Shown here in pieces: positions 37,229-46,942 of a stretch of DNA of 64,000 nt. A model generated the notes under the pieces. That model worked only from the letters and a program-made list of their open reading frames with translations. It was not told the DNA's origin and did not search any database. The position numbers were made by a program, and so were the translations under genes. Numbering within the stretch: position 1 is the first letter of the stretch; each line of letters begins with the position of its first letter. Source of the DNA: Candidatus Krumholzibacteriota bacterium (lineage in GTDB: Bacteria; Krumholzibacteriota; Krumholzibacteriia; JAJRXK01); contig CAVSGG010000005.1 of assembly GCA_963727455.1 (NCBI GenBank), forward strand, positions 416,001-480,000, given 5' to 3'.

Positions 37229-40008
37229 AGCTACTTTTGGTTGATGGGTCGGCTCTTCTGTACCGCAGCCACTTTGCGTTTCGCGGAAGGCCGTTGACCA
37301 CGAGTCACGGAGAGCTGACATCGGCCGCCTACGGAGTCGCCACGGCACTCGTGCATCTCCGCGAGGATGAGGGCGCGCAGTCGATGGTAGTCGCCTTCGA
37401 TGCCAAGGGTGACACCTTCCGGCACGAAATGTATTCCCAGTACAAGGCGAATCGCCCTCCCATGCCGCCAGAGCTCAGCGAGCAGGTGCCGCGCGTCCAC
37501 GAGCTGGTGCGCGCGATGGGACTCCCGCTTCTTTCTCCGCCGCGCTACGAGGCAGACGACGTGCTGGCCACTTTGGCCCGGCAGGCCGTCGAACGAGGCG
37601 ACGAGGCTTGGATCTACTCGGGGGACAAGGACTTCATTCCCCTGGTGCGGCCGGGAGTGGGGATTCTCAAGCCGGCGAGCAAGGGGGGCAACGATGTCTA
37701 TCTCGACGAGGAATCGATCCAACGCGAACTTGGCCTCGCTCCGGCGCAGTATCTTCACGTTCTGGCGTTGATGGGGGACAAGGCCGACAACGTTCCAGGG
37801 GCGCCCGGAGTGGGGGAGAAGACTGCCCTCAAGCTCATTTCGGATTTCGAGAGCATCGAGGGAGTCTTCGCGAATCTACAGGACTCTCGTATTCGTCCCA
37901 AGCTACGCGACAAGCTGCTCGAGAACCGGGAGCTGATCGAGTTGAGTTTGCGCCTGGTGACCATCGATGAGAACGTACCGTTGAGCATGGAATGGGAGAA
38001 GGCCGCGCTCGGCGAGTATCCCGAGGATTTCTACGAGCTGTGTCGCGAACTAGAATTCACGCGCCTTCTGCAACGCCTACCCAAGAGTAGCCGGCAAGAA
38101 GAGGCGCTGACCCTAGTCAGTCAAGAACCCGGGCTGGCGGCCGAGGAGGAAGCGGAAGAAGATACCGGACGCCATTACGAACTCGTCGAGTCCCTGGAAC
38201 GCCTCGACGGGGTTTTGCGTGAATTCGATGCGCACGAGGGTCCCATCTCCCTCGACACCGAGACAACCTCACTGGATCCACTTCAGGCCGAGCTGGTGGG
38301 AATCTCCCTCTGCAAGGAAGGGGGCCATTCCTATTACATTCCGGTGGAAGCGGGTGCCAAGGGGAGCGGTGGGCCGGACCTGTTCTCCGAATCGAACGAA
38401 GAACTTCGCTTGCCGTGGGAAGAGGTTCGCAAGCGGGTGGCGCCCCGATTCGCGAACCCCAAGAGAGCTTTCCTCGGACAGAACCTGAAATATGATCAGC
38501 TGGTACTGGACCATCATGGGGCTCCGGTGACCCGGGTGGATTTCGATACCATGATTGCGAGCTATTTGCTCGCCCCCGAACGCCGGCAACACAATCTCGA
38601 CGTGCTTGCAGAGGAGGAGCTCGGCCTTTCCACCATTCGCTATTCGGACTTGTTCAAGGGTTCGGGCACGAAGGACATCCGCAAACTGCCGTTGACAAAA
38701 GTGGCGGAATACGCCGCCGAGGATGCAGATGTTGCTTTCCGTCTCAGTGAGGTCTTTCGCCCCCGACTCGTGGCCGAGAAACTCGATCGTCTCATGAACG
38801 AGGTCGAGCTGCCTCTCTCTCAGGTCCTTTTGCGAATGGAGAGGCGTGGAATCAGGCTGGACAGCGAGCAGCTCGACAGCCTGGCCAAGGAACTAAAAGC
38901 CACCATGGGCGAACTCGAGGCCGAGTGCCACGAACTCGCCGGCGAGCCCTTCAACCTCAACAGTCCCAAGCAGCTGCAGGTCATCCTATTCGGGAAACTC
39001 GGGCTGAAGACGGGGAGGAAGACAGCCACCGGTTACTCCACGGATGTGGAGGTGCTCACCCGTCTCGCGGAGGAGCATCCGTTGCCCAAGGCGCTCCTGG
39101 AATATCGCCACGTCTCCAAACTACTTTCCACTTATGCGGAGGCACTCCCGCGCTTGGTGAATCCCGAGACCGGTTGCGTCCACACCTCCTTCAATCAGGC
39201 GGTGGCGGCGACTGGACGCCTCAGCAGCACCGATCCCAACCTGCAGAACATCCCTGTGCGAAGCGCGCTGGGAAAGCGGATTCGCGAGGCATTCATTCCG
39301 CGGGAGAAGGGTTGGTGCCTGCTCGCTTCGGATTACTCTCAGATCGAACTGCGCCTAATGGCTCACTTCGCGCAGGACGAGGCGATGATCGCGTCCTTCG
39401 CCAGAGGAGAGGACATTCACGCGCGTACCGCAGCGGAGGTCGCCGGCGTGGAGCTGGATGAGGTCGAGCCCTCGATGCGCGCCCGCGCCAAGGCCATCAA
39501 CTTCGGAATCCTCTATGGAATGGGATCCCGCGCGCTGGCGCAGCAGATCTCGGTCTCGAATACGGAAGCCAAGAAGTTCATCGAGGATTACTTCGCGCGC
39601 TTCCCCAGGGTGCGAGCATATATCGACGAGACGATCGCCAAAGCCAAGACAGAGGGCGAAGTCCGAACGATCCTGGGCCGCCGCCGCCGCCTCCCCGAGC
39701 TGAGTTCGAGTCACCCCCGTCAGCGCTCCTTCGGTGAGCGCATCGCGGTAAACACGCCCATCCAGGGTTCCGCCGCCGACCTCATCAAGGTCGCGATGAT
39801 TCGGCTGGATGCGCGAATCGTGCGCGACGAGCTGCCCGCGAACCTCCTCTTGCAGGTGCATGACGAACTGGTGCTGGAGGTGAAGAGGAAACACAGGGAC
39901 GCAATCGCTGCCGTGGTTCGCGAAGAGATGGAGGGTGTCTTCGACTTGAGCGTACCCTTGCTCGTCGACATCTCTTTTGGCGAGAATTGGGCAGAGGCGA
40001 AACCGTGA
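37225..40008 (+). CDS. polA: DNA polymerase I
   Basis: 5'-3' exonuclease (YKANR, EADD, GDKADN), 3'-5' exonuclease (DTETT, NLKYD, YAAED), polymerase (DYSQIELR, AKAINFG, QVHDEL). Confidence 0.98.
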   Translation: MKLLLVDGSALLYRSHFAFRGRPLTTSHGELTSAAYGVATALVHLREDEGAQSMVVAFDAKGDTFRHEMYSQYKANRPPMPPELSEQVPRVHELVRAMGLPLLSPPRYEADDVLATLARQAVERGDEAWIYSGDKDFIPLVRPGVGILKPASKGGNDVYLDEESIQRELGLAPAQYLHVLALMGDKADNVPGAPGVGEKTALKLISDFESIEGVFANLQDSRIRPKLRDKLLENRELIELSLRLVTIDENVPLSMEWEKAALGEYPEDFYELCRELEFTRLLQRLPKSSRQEEALTLVSQEPGLAAEEEAEEDTGRHYELVESLERLDGVLREFDAHEGPISLDTETTSLDPLQAELVGISLCKEGGHSYYIPVEAGAKGSGGPDLFSESNEELRLPWEEVRKRVAPRFANPKRAFLGQNLKYDQLVLDHHGAPVTRVDFDTMIASYLLAPERRQHNLDVLAEEELGLSTIRYSDLFKGSGTKDIRKLPLTKVAEYAAEDADVAFRLSEVFRPRLVAEKLDRLMNEVELPLSQVLLRMERRGIRLDSEQLDSLAKELKATMGELEAECHELAGEPFNLNSPKQLQVILFGKLGLKTGRKTATGYSTDVEVLTRLAEEHPLPKALLEYRHVSKLLSTYAEALPRLVNPETGCVHTSFNQAVAATGRLSSTDPNLQNIPVRSALGKRIREAFIPREKGWCLLASDYSQIELRLMAHFAQDEAMIASFARGEDIHARTAAEVAGVELDEVEPSMRARAKAINFGILYGMGSRALAQQISVSNTEAKKFIEDYFARFPRVRAYIDETIAKAKTEGEVRTILGRRRRLPELSSSHPRQRSFGERIAVNTPIQGSAADLIKVAMIRLDARIVRDELPANLLLQVHDELVLEVKRKHRDAIAAVVREEMEGVFDLSVPLLVDISFGENWAEAKP

Positions 40009-40673
40009 ACCAATCGACGAAACACCGAGCGAAAATTCTGGTGGTTACCGGACAGACCGGCACTGGCAAGAGCACAGTATGCGAATGGCTGGCCCAGCGC
40101 GGCGCGTTCGTGCTGGACGCCGATCGCGTGGGACACGAGATTCTCCTACGGGAAGAAACGGTTGTTCAACTGAAGGAAATCTTCTCGCCGGAGATCGCGG
40201 ATCAACGCGGACGTATCGATCGCGCTCGATTGGGGGAGATCGTGTTCTCCGATCCCGTGGCCCTTCAGAAACTCAACGAACTGGTGCATCCTCCTCTCCT
40301 GCAAGAGATCGAGTTCCGAATTGCCGCGCTCGAGCGGAGCCAGGTCGCCACGCTGATCGTGGTGGACGCCGCGCTCCATTTCGTTTTCTCGCCGCGCATA
40401 CGCTGTGATGCGGTATTGATGACGAAGACGGCACCCGAGGTTCAGCTGCGGCGGATCATGGAGCGGGATGGGCTCGACGAGGAGCGGGCGCACGAACGCC
40501 TGCGGCGGCAGGCTTCCATCGCCGAGCACGAGGGCGAGGCGGACTACGTCCTGGACACCACGGCCGCGCCTAGCCAAGTACGCCGAGAACTGCTACTTAA
40601 CATGGACGCCTTCATGGGGACCTCCCTGGTGTTGAGTGACCCCTTTGTTCTAAGCCGGCATTCGGAGGATTGA
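40005..40673 (+). CDS. coaE: Dephospho-CoA kinase
   Basis: TGQTGTGKST, DADRVGH, LVHP; follows polA with GTGA overlap. Confidence 0.9.
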   Translation: MNQSTKHRAKILVVTGQTGTGKSTVCEWLAQRGAFVLDADRVGHEILLREETVVQLKEIFSPEIADQRGRIDRARLGEIVFSDPVALQKLNELVHPPLLQEIEFRIAALERSQVATLIVVDAALHFVFSPRIRCDAVLMTKTAPEVQLRRIMERDGLDEERAHERLRRQASIAEHEGEADYVLDTTAAPSQVRRELLLNMDAFMGTSLVLSDPFVLSRHSED

Positions 40674-40678
40674 AAGCG

Positions 40679-41780
40679 ATGACCGAGGCAAGTACACCGT
40701 CCCTGCAAGAGATCCGCAGCAGAACCACCCGACTCAAGGAGGGTCTTTGACCTCCCGCAGATGAATGCCCGTCTGGCGGAGCTGGAAAAGGCCATGCTGG
40801 CCGAAGATTTTTGGTCGGATCAGGAGAACGCCCGCGAAGTGATCGAGGAGTCCAACCGAATCAAGCGTTGGACCGAACCGCTCCAGGAACTCGAAAAGAC
40901 GCTCGAGGAGGCCGAGCTTTATCTGGAAATGGGTAAGGAAGACCCCGATGCCGAAAACGAAGCCGCGCGAGCGCTCGCCGCGGCCGAGAAGAGGATCGGC
41001 GTTCTGGAAGCTCAATACATGCTCGGCGGTCCGGACGATCCCAAAGGCGCCATGATCGAAATCCACCCCGGCGCGGGCGGCACCGAGAGCCAGGATTGGG
41101 CCGAGATGCTTCTGCGAATGTACAGTCGATTCTGCGAGGCCGAGGGCTGGAAATTCAAGCTCATGGAGGTCGCGCCTGGAGACGAGGCGGGAATCAAGAG
41201 CGCCACCATGGAGATCACCGAATCCTTCGCCTACGGATACCTCAAGGGGGAGAGCGGAGTACATCGTTTGGTGCGGATTTCGCCCTTCGACGCGCAGAGC
41301 CGGCGCCACACGTCCTTTGCCTCGGTCTTCGTCTACCCACTGGTCGAGGACCAGGATTTCGACATCGAGATCGAGGACAAGGACCTGCGAGTGGATACCT
41401 ATCGCGCCAGCGGCGCAGGGGGGCAGCACGTCAACAAGACGGACAGCGCAATCCGTATCACCCACCTTCCCACCGGGATCGTCGTGCAGTGCCAAAACGA
41501 ACGCAGTCAGCACCGCAACCGCGAGGCGGCCATGCAGATGCTCAAGACGCGCCTCTACCACTTGAAGCTGGAGGAGGAACGGGCGAAACAGCAGGAACTG
41601 GAGGATAGCAAGATGAAGATCGACTTCGGCAGTCAGATCCGCTCCTACGTCCTGCAGCCCTACACGAAGGTGAAGGACCACCGAACGGAGGTGGAAACCG
41701 GCGACGCAAGGGGCGTCCTCGACGGTGACCTGCGGACCTTCATCGACTCGTACCTGCGCTGGTCGGGGCAGGCCGCTTGA
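40679..41780 (+). CDS. prfB: Peptide chain release factor 2, decoded through a +1 programmed frameshift at 40745-40751
   Basis: ORF1 MTEASTPSLQEIRSRTTRLKEGL ends CTT-TGA-C with internal SD AAGGAGGG; the +1 frame carries SPF and GGQ motifs. Confidence 0.96.
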
Positions 41781-41805
41781 CAGCTGCCGCGGGCCCTACG
41801 ATACT
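41777..41805 (+). promoter_or_regulatory. Putative sigma70 promoter for lysS-lol-mcs-clpC
   Basis: TTGACA (contains the prfB stop)-N17-GATACT. Confidence 0.6.
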
Positions 41806-41866
41806 TCCGGCCCCGGTGGATATCCTTGGAATTCAGTCACTTGCGAACTCGACCCTAGGAAGAAGC

Positions 41867-43336
41867 ATGGAAGACCAGCATCGGCTCGTACAGATGCGCC
41901 TGGAACGACTGGAGGGACTGAGAGAGCGGGGCGTCGACCCCTATCCCCACGCCTTCGCTCGCACGCACCGGCTCGCAGAGATCCTAGAACTGAGCGAGGA
42001 GTTTCTCGCGTCCGCCGTGCCACTCCGCCTGGCGGGGCGGATGATGTCCAAGCGCCGCCACGGGAAAGCGGGATTCGCGCACATCGAGGACGAGCGCGCG
42101 CGTCTGCAAATTTACATCCGTAAGGACGAGGTGGGCGAGGAGAACTACGAGGTCTACAAACTGCTAGAAGTGGGCGACTTCGTAGGGGTGGAGGGTTCGC
42201 TGATGCGAACCAAGACCGGCGAACTCACTGTGCACGTCAAGGAGATCACGGCTCTCACCAAGGCCCTGCGTCCGCTGCCCGAGAAGTGGCACGGTCTGAC
42301 CGACAAGGAAATCCGCTACCGGCAGCGCTATCTCGATCTCATCATGAACGAGGAAGTTCGATCCGCCTTTCGCCGCCGCAGTGAGGTGATCGCCGCCATT
42401 CGTGAAGTGCTTCTGGAAGAGGGCTTTCTGGAGGTCGAGACCCCGATCCTACAGCCCCTGTATGGAGGGGCAACCGCGCGGCCTTTCACCACCAATTACC
42501 ACTCTCTGGGCGACATGACGGTCTACCTGCGGATCGCCAACGAGCTGTACTTGAAACGGCTCATCGTCGGTGGCTTCGACCGAGTTTTCGAATTCGCGAA
42601 GGATTTCCGCAACGAAGGGATGGATCGCACACACAATCCCGAGTTCACCATGATGGAGTGCTATGCGGCCTACTGGGACTATCAGGACGTCATGGGGCTG
42701 GTGGAACGAATCTTTGCCCGTCTGGCCGAGCGCTTTACCGAGAACGGAATCCTGCGCTATGGGGAGCATGAGATCGATTTCAACGGCGGATTTCGCCGGG
42801 CACGCTACCTCGATCTTTTGCAGGAAGCGACCGGAGTCGATTTCGCCCGGCTGGATTTGGAGCAGACTCGCGCCCAGCTCGAGAAGCTCGGCGTGCAAGT
42901 CGACAGTGGCATGGGGAAAGGAAAGCTGCTGGACGAGGTGTTCAGCGAAAAGGTCGAACCAAGCCTCTTGCAGCCTACTTTCGTGTGTGATCATCCCAAG
43001 GAACTGAGTCCTCTGGCCAAGTCGCATCGCAGCGATCCAGAACTGGTGGAGCGCTTCGAACCCTTCATCGCCGGATTCGAAGTGGGGAATGCCTTCAGCG
43101 AACTGAACGATCCGCAGGACCAGAGGGCGCGTTTCGAGGATCAGCTCCGCCTGCGTGAGAAGGGCGACGACGAGGCGCAGCAGCTGGACAACGACTTCCT
43201 GCGCGCGCTGGAATACGGCATGCCTCCCACCGGTGGACTCGGACTGGGGATCGACCGCATCGTCATGCTCTTCACCGGAAGCCACAGCATTCGCGACGTG
43301 CTGTTCTTCCCCCAGATGAGATCCGAGGCCGAATAG
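41867..43336 (+). CDS. lysS: Lysine--tRNA ligase (class II)
   Basis: RYRQRYLDL, GGATARPF, FRNEG, HNPEF, YGMPPTGGLGLGIDR; start at ATG 41867. Confidence 0.97.
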   Translation: MEDQHRLVQMRLERLEGLRERGVDPYPHAFARTHRLAEILELSEEFLASAVPLRLAGRMMSKRRHGKAGFAHIEDERARLQIYIRKDEVGEENYEVYKLLEVGDFVGVEGSLMRTKTGELTVHVKEITALTKALRPLPEKWHGLTDKEIRYRQRYLDLIMNEEVRSAFRRRSEVIAAIREVLLEEGFLEVETPILQPLYGGATARPFTTNYHSLGDMTVYLRIANELYLKRLIVGGFDRVFEFAKDFRNEGMDRTHNPEFTMMECYAAYWDYQDVMGLVERIFARLAERFTENGILRYGEHEIDFNGGFRRARYLDLLQEATGVDFARLDLEQTRAQLEKLGVQVDSGMGKGKLLDEVFSEKVEPSLLQPTFVCDHPKELSPLAKSHRSDPELVERFEPFIAGFEVGNAFSELNDPQDQRARFEDQLRLREKGDDEAQQLDNDFLRALEYGMPPTGGLGLGIDRIVMLFTGSHSIRDVLFFPQMRSEAE

Positions 43337-43376
43337 AGTCTTGCTGGACCGTTTGCTTCGGTCCGAAGGGGTGCAG

Positions 43377-44654
43377 ATGGGTTTCGCCGCCTTCATCGCC
43401 CAGCGCTATCTGAGGACCCAGCGCTCGCGCTTCGTGAGCGTCATCACGATCATCGCCATCGTGGGGATCACCCTGGGGGTCATGGTCCTGGACACCACCC
43501 TCGCCGTGATGAACGGATTCCAGGACCAGATTCGTTTCACCTTCGTGGAAAACATGCCGATGGTCACGGTGATGACCCAAGCGCCTTCGGGCTTTACCGA
43601 CGTGGAGAAGATCGTCGATCGCGTGAAGGAGTTTCCTCCAGTGGTGGGTGCCGCTCCTTACATCCGCAAAGAGGCTTTGCTCACCTTCGAGAGGTTTGGA
43701 GGCCGCACGAAGGACCGGCCATGCGTGATTTGGGGTGTCGATCCCAATCGGCAGAATAGCGTGACCAAGACTCTGGATACGGTGACGCCCGCGTTCACCG
43801 ATTTCTCCACCGAGGGCTTCACGGGGGTGGATCCCGGCACTCCGGGAATCGTCCTGGGAGACATGTTGGCGCGCAGTCTCCGGGTGGGCGTCGGTGATCG
43901 TCTCACACTCACTACCGTGCGCAAGACGGGTGGGTCGAGGCAGTACGAGGGACACTCCGTCGAGGTCGCGGTAGTGGGGATCTTCACCAGCGGGATGTAC
44001 CAATTCGACGACGTGTTTGCCTACATGGACATCGATGCGGTGCGGAAGATCTTCGTGGTCATTGGAGGCGCCGACGGAGTGGGGATCAAGGTGGACAAGA
44101 TGATGCGCGCGCCCGCCTACGCCGACTCCTTGGCCGACCGGCTCGGCCTGCCCTACTTCACCAACGATTGGATTTCGCTCAACAGTGCCCTCTTCCGCTG
44201 GATCCGGATCGAGAAGGTCTTGATGTTCGTTCTGCTCTCGCTGATCACCCTGGTGGCGAGCTTCATGGTGGTGGCGATTCTGCTCATGATGGTGCGCGAT
44301 CGGCAGCACGACATCGGCATCTTTCTCTCTCTTGGGGTACGAAAGGACCAGCTCGTTGGGGTCTTCGTGCAACTGGGGATGATCATCGGGGGTGGGGGCG
44401 TGGTTCTGGGAACGATCCTGGGCTATTTGCTGTGCCGCTTTCTCGACAGCCAGGGTCTGTGGACCCTGGTCGAGCGCATGGGGCTTCCCTCGCCGGCCGA
44501 CGTCTACTTCGTGGACAAGCTTCCGGTTCACATGGAGGCGGGCGACTTCCTATTGGTGGGAGGCGTCACTCTCTTGATGTGTCTGCTCGCCACCCTGCTC
44601 CCTTCGTGGTTCGCCACTCGCTTCACTCCGGTGGAGGTGCTCCGCTATGAATGA
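43377..44654 (+). CDS. Lipoprotein-releasing ABC permease (single LolC/E-type)
   Basis: IAQRYL, LAVMNGF, 4-TM MacB/FtsX layout, PVEVLRYE C-terminus. Confidence 0.88.
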   Translation: MGFAAFIAQRYLRTQRSRFVSVITIIAIVGITLGVMVLDTTLAVMNGFQDQIRFTFVENMPMVTVMTQAPSGFTDVEKIVDRVKEFPPVVGAAPYIRKEALLTFERFGGRTKDRPCVIWGVDPNRQNSVTKTLDTVTPAFTDFSTEGFTGVDPGTPGIVLGDMLARSLRVGVGDRLTLTTVRKTGGSRQYEGHSVEVAVVGIFTSGMYQFDDVFAYMDIDAVRKIFVVIGGADGVGIKVDKMMRAPAYADSLADRLGLPYFTNDWISLNSALFRWIRIEKVLMFVLLSLITLVASFMVVAILLMMVRDRQHDIGIFLSLGVRKDQLVGVFVQLGMIIGGGGVVLGTILGYLLCRFLDSQGLWTLVERMGLPSPADVYFVDKLPVHMEAGDFLLVGGVTLLMCLLATLLPSWFATRFTPVEVLRYE

Positions 44655-45342
44655 GCCCTGGCTCGCGGCGAACGATCTTCACATGGCGTATCACACGATG
44701 AAGCGCGACGTGACGGTATTGCGCGGAATCGATTTGAGGGTTGCTCCCCGTGAGGTCGTCGCGGTGACTGGCGGTAGCGGATCGGGAAAGACGACCCTCT
44801 TGAACCTGCTCGGTTCCCTCGATCGTCCCGTATCCGGCTCCATCCGCTGGGGAGGGGAGGAGATCCTCTCCTTGAAGCCGGTCGAGTTGAGCCGTTTGCG
44901 CAATCAAGCCGTGGGATTCGTGTTTCAGTTCCACCACCTGCTTCCCGATTTTACCGCCCTGGAGAACATCATGATGCCGGCGCGGATCGCCGGAGGCTCT
45001 TTGACCGAGGGACGCGCGAGAGCGCAAGAGCTGCTCTCGCGTGTGGGGTTGCGCGACCGCGCCGAACATCGACCTGGAGAGCTCTCGGGCGGAGAGCAAC
45101 AGCGGGTGGCGGTGGCTCGGGCCTTGATGAACCACCCGCGTCTGTTGCTGGCGGACGAGCCAGCAGGTAATTTGGATTCAGGGCGCGCCGCAGAGCTCAC
45201 GCAGCTCTTGCTCCAGGCGCGTGACGAAGAGGACTTGGCCGTGGTTGTCGTCACCCATGACGAACGAGCGGCGGCGCGCGCGGACCGGTGGTATACGCTT
45301 CACGAGGGGCGTTTGGAAGACCGCTCGGCGAGCAAGACCTAG
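44647..45342 (+). CDS. lolD: Lipoprotein-releasing ABC ATPase
   Basis: GSGSGKTT, GFVFQFHHLL (LolD motif), LSGGEQQRVA. Confidence 0.9.
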   Translation: MNEPWLAANDLHMAYHTMKRDVTVLRGIDLRVAPREVVAVTGGSGSGKTTLLNLLGSLDRPVSGSIRWGGEEILSLKPVELSRLRNQAVGFVFQFHHLLPDFTALENIMMPARIAGGSLTEGRARAQELLSRVGLRDRAEHRPGELSGGEQQRVAVARALMNHPRLLLADEPAGNLDSGRAAELTQLLLQARDEEDLAVVVVTHDERAAARADRWYTLHEGRLEDRSASKT

Positions 45343-45350
45343 GGCGTTCA

Positions 45351-45878
45351 ATGATCTGCCAGCGATGCAGCAAGCGACCGGCCGAAGTGCAATACACCGA
45401 GATGGTCGGTGGCCAGAAAACCATGCAGTGGCTGTGTTCGGAGTGCGCGCGGGAGGCCGGTCTCCTCGTCAATCTCAAGCTGCATCCCATGGCCCCCGCC
45501 GCGACCGCGAAGATCCTCTCCGGCACCGAGCGCTCGCCAAATGTCCCCAAGTGCCCCGAGTGCGGCACCGACGGCGAGAGCCTGCGGCGAACCGGCCTGC
45601 TCGGCTGCCCCAACTGCTACGAAGTCTTCCGCGTCCAACTCGAACCGCTGCTGCGCAGCGTGCATCACGCGGTCGACCACAATCCACGCGCGGGGCGCGA
45701 TGACCCGGTGAGTCGTCTGGAACGCGTCCTGGAGTCCCTGCGCCGCGAGCTCAGTGAATCGGTGCGCAGGGAGGAATTCGAGCGGGCGGCTTCGATCCGC
45801 GACGAGATCCGCCGTTACGAAAAGGAGAAGGCGGAGCTGGCCTCGCCCGAGATCGAGGAGGGGGACGAGGACGCATGA
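45351..45878 (+). CDS. mcsA: McsA, protein arginine kinase activator
   Basis: Four CxxC pairs (CQRC, CSEC, CPEC, CPNC) and UVR motif EEFERAASIRDEI. Confidence 0.9.
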   Translation: MICQRCSKRPAEVQYTEMVGGQKTMQWLCSECAREAGLLVNLKLHPMAPAATAKILSGTERSPNVPKCPECGTDGESLRRTGLLGCPNCYEVFRVQLEPLLRSVHHAVDHNPRAGRDDPVSRLERVLESLRRELSESVRREEFERAASIRDEIRRYEKEKAELASPEIEEGDEDA

Positions 45879-46942
45879 GATTCGAGGAGATGGCCAAGTC
45901 TCCGGCTCCCTGGCAGAGCCAGGACGCTCCCGAGCGGGACATCGTGCTGAGCTGTCGCGTGCGTTTGGCCCGCAACGTGGAGGGCCAGGTCTTCCCGCAC
46001 CTTCTGGGCGAGGACGCGCTGCGCAACCTCAGGAGCCGGATTCTCCGGGCGGCCGCGAGTTGCCCGAGTGCGGCGCTCCCTTCGTCCTGGGCGATGGAGG
46101 AGCTGGAGGAATTGGAGCGGCGCTTCCTCTTGGAACGGCACTTGGTCTCTCAGGAGCTGGTGGCCACTCCCATCGGGCGCGCGGTCCTGATGAGCCGAGA
46201 CGAATCGCGGGGCCTCATGGTCAACGAGGAGGACCACCTGCGGATCCAGGCCTTCGGCCCCGGGCTCCTGCCCAAGGAAACCTTAGAAATTGCAATGTGT
46301 TTTGCGTCAGAGTTAGAGGAACACTTGACCTTTGCCCACAGCCCGCGGCTGGGCTACCTCAGCGCCTGCCCCACCAATTTGGGCACCGGAATGCGCGCCT
46401 CGGTCCTTCTGCACCTGCCCGGTCTCGCTCTGACCCGGGATTTGGAGAAGGTATTGCACAGCCTGAAGGTCCTGAACTATACCGTACGGGGCTTCTACGG
46501 CGAGGGAAGCGGGGCCCTGGGAGAGCTCTTTCAGGTCTCCAATTCGGCCACTCTGGGCCTCTCAGGGGCCCAGATCGTGGACGATTTGCTGCATCATCTC
46601 CGCAAGGTGATCTCGGTGGAACGGGAGGCACGCGCCGTGCTTCTGGAGCGCGAGGGGACCCGGATCGAGGACCGAGTCTTTCGAGCCTGGGGAATTCTGA
46701 AGAACGCTCGTTTGCTCACGACGCGTGAGGCCTTTGATTTGCTTGGAGATTTGCGGCTGGGGATGAGCTTCCGATTGCTTCCAGGGGTGGACGAAACCAC
46801 CCTCCGGTGTCTTCTTGTAACCATCCAGGGAGCGCACCAGGAAATCATGGCTCAGCGTAGCCTGAAACCGCACGAACGGGACGAACGAAGAGCCGACTAT
46901 GTACGGCGGGCGCTTGCCAAGGCAAGGAAGGACCAAGAATGA
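45875..46942 (+). CDS. mcsB: Protein arginine kinase
   Basis: [35 protein letters not shown]. Confidence 0.94.
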   Translation: MRFEEMAKSPAPWQSQDAPERDIVLSCRVRLARNVEGQVFPHLLGEDALRNLRSRILRAAASCPSAALPSSWAMEELEELERRFLLERHLVSQELVATPIGRAVLMSRDESRGLMVNEEDHLRIQAFGPGLLPKETLEIAMCFASELEEHLTFAHSPRLGYLSACPTNLGTGMRASVLLHLPGLALTRDLEKVLHSLKVLNYTVRGFYGEGSGALGELFQVSNSATLGLSGAQIVDDLLHHLRKVISVEREARAVLLEREGTRIEDRVFRAWGILKNARLLTTREAFDLLGDLRLGMSFRLLPGVDETTLRCLLVTIQGAHQEIMAQRSLKPHERDERRADYVRRALAKARKDQE

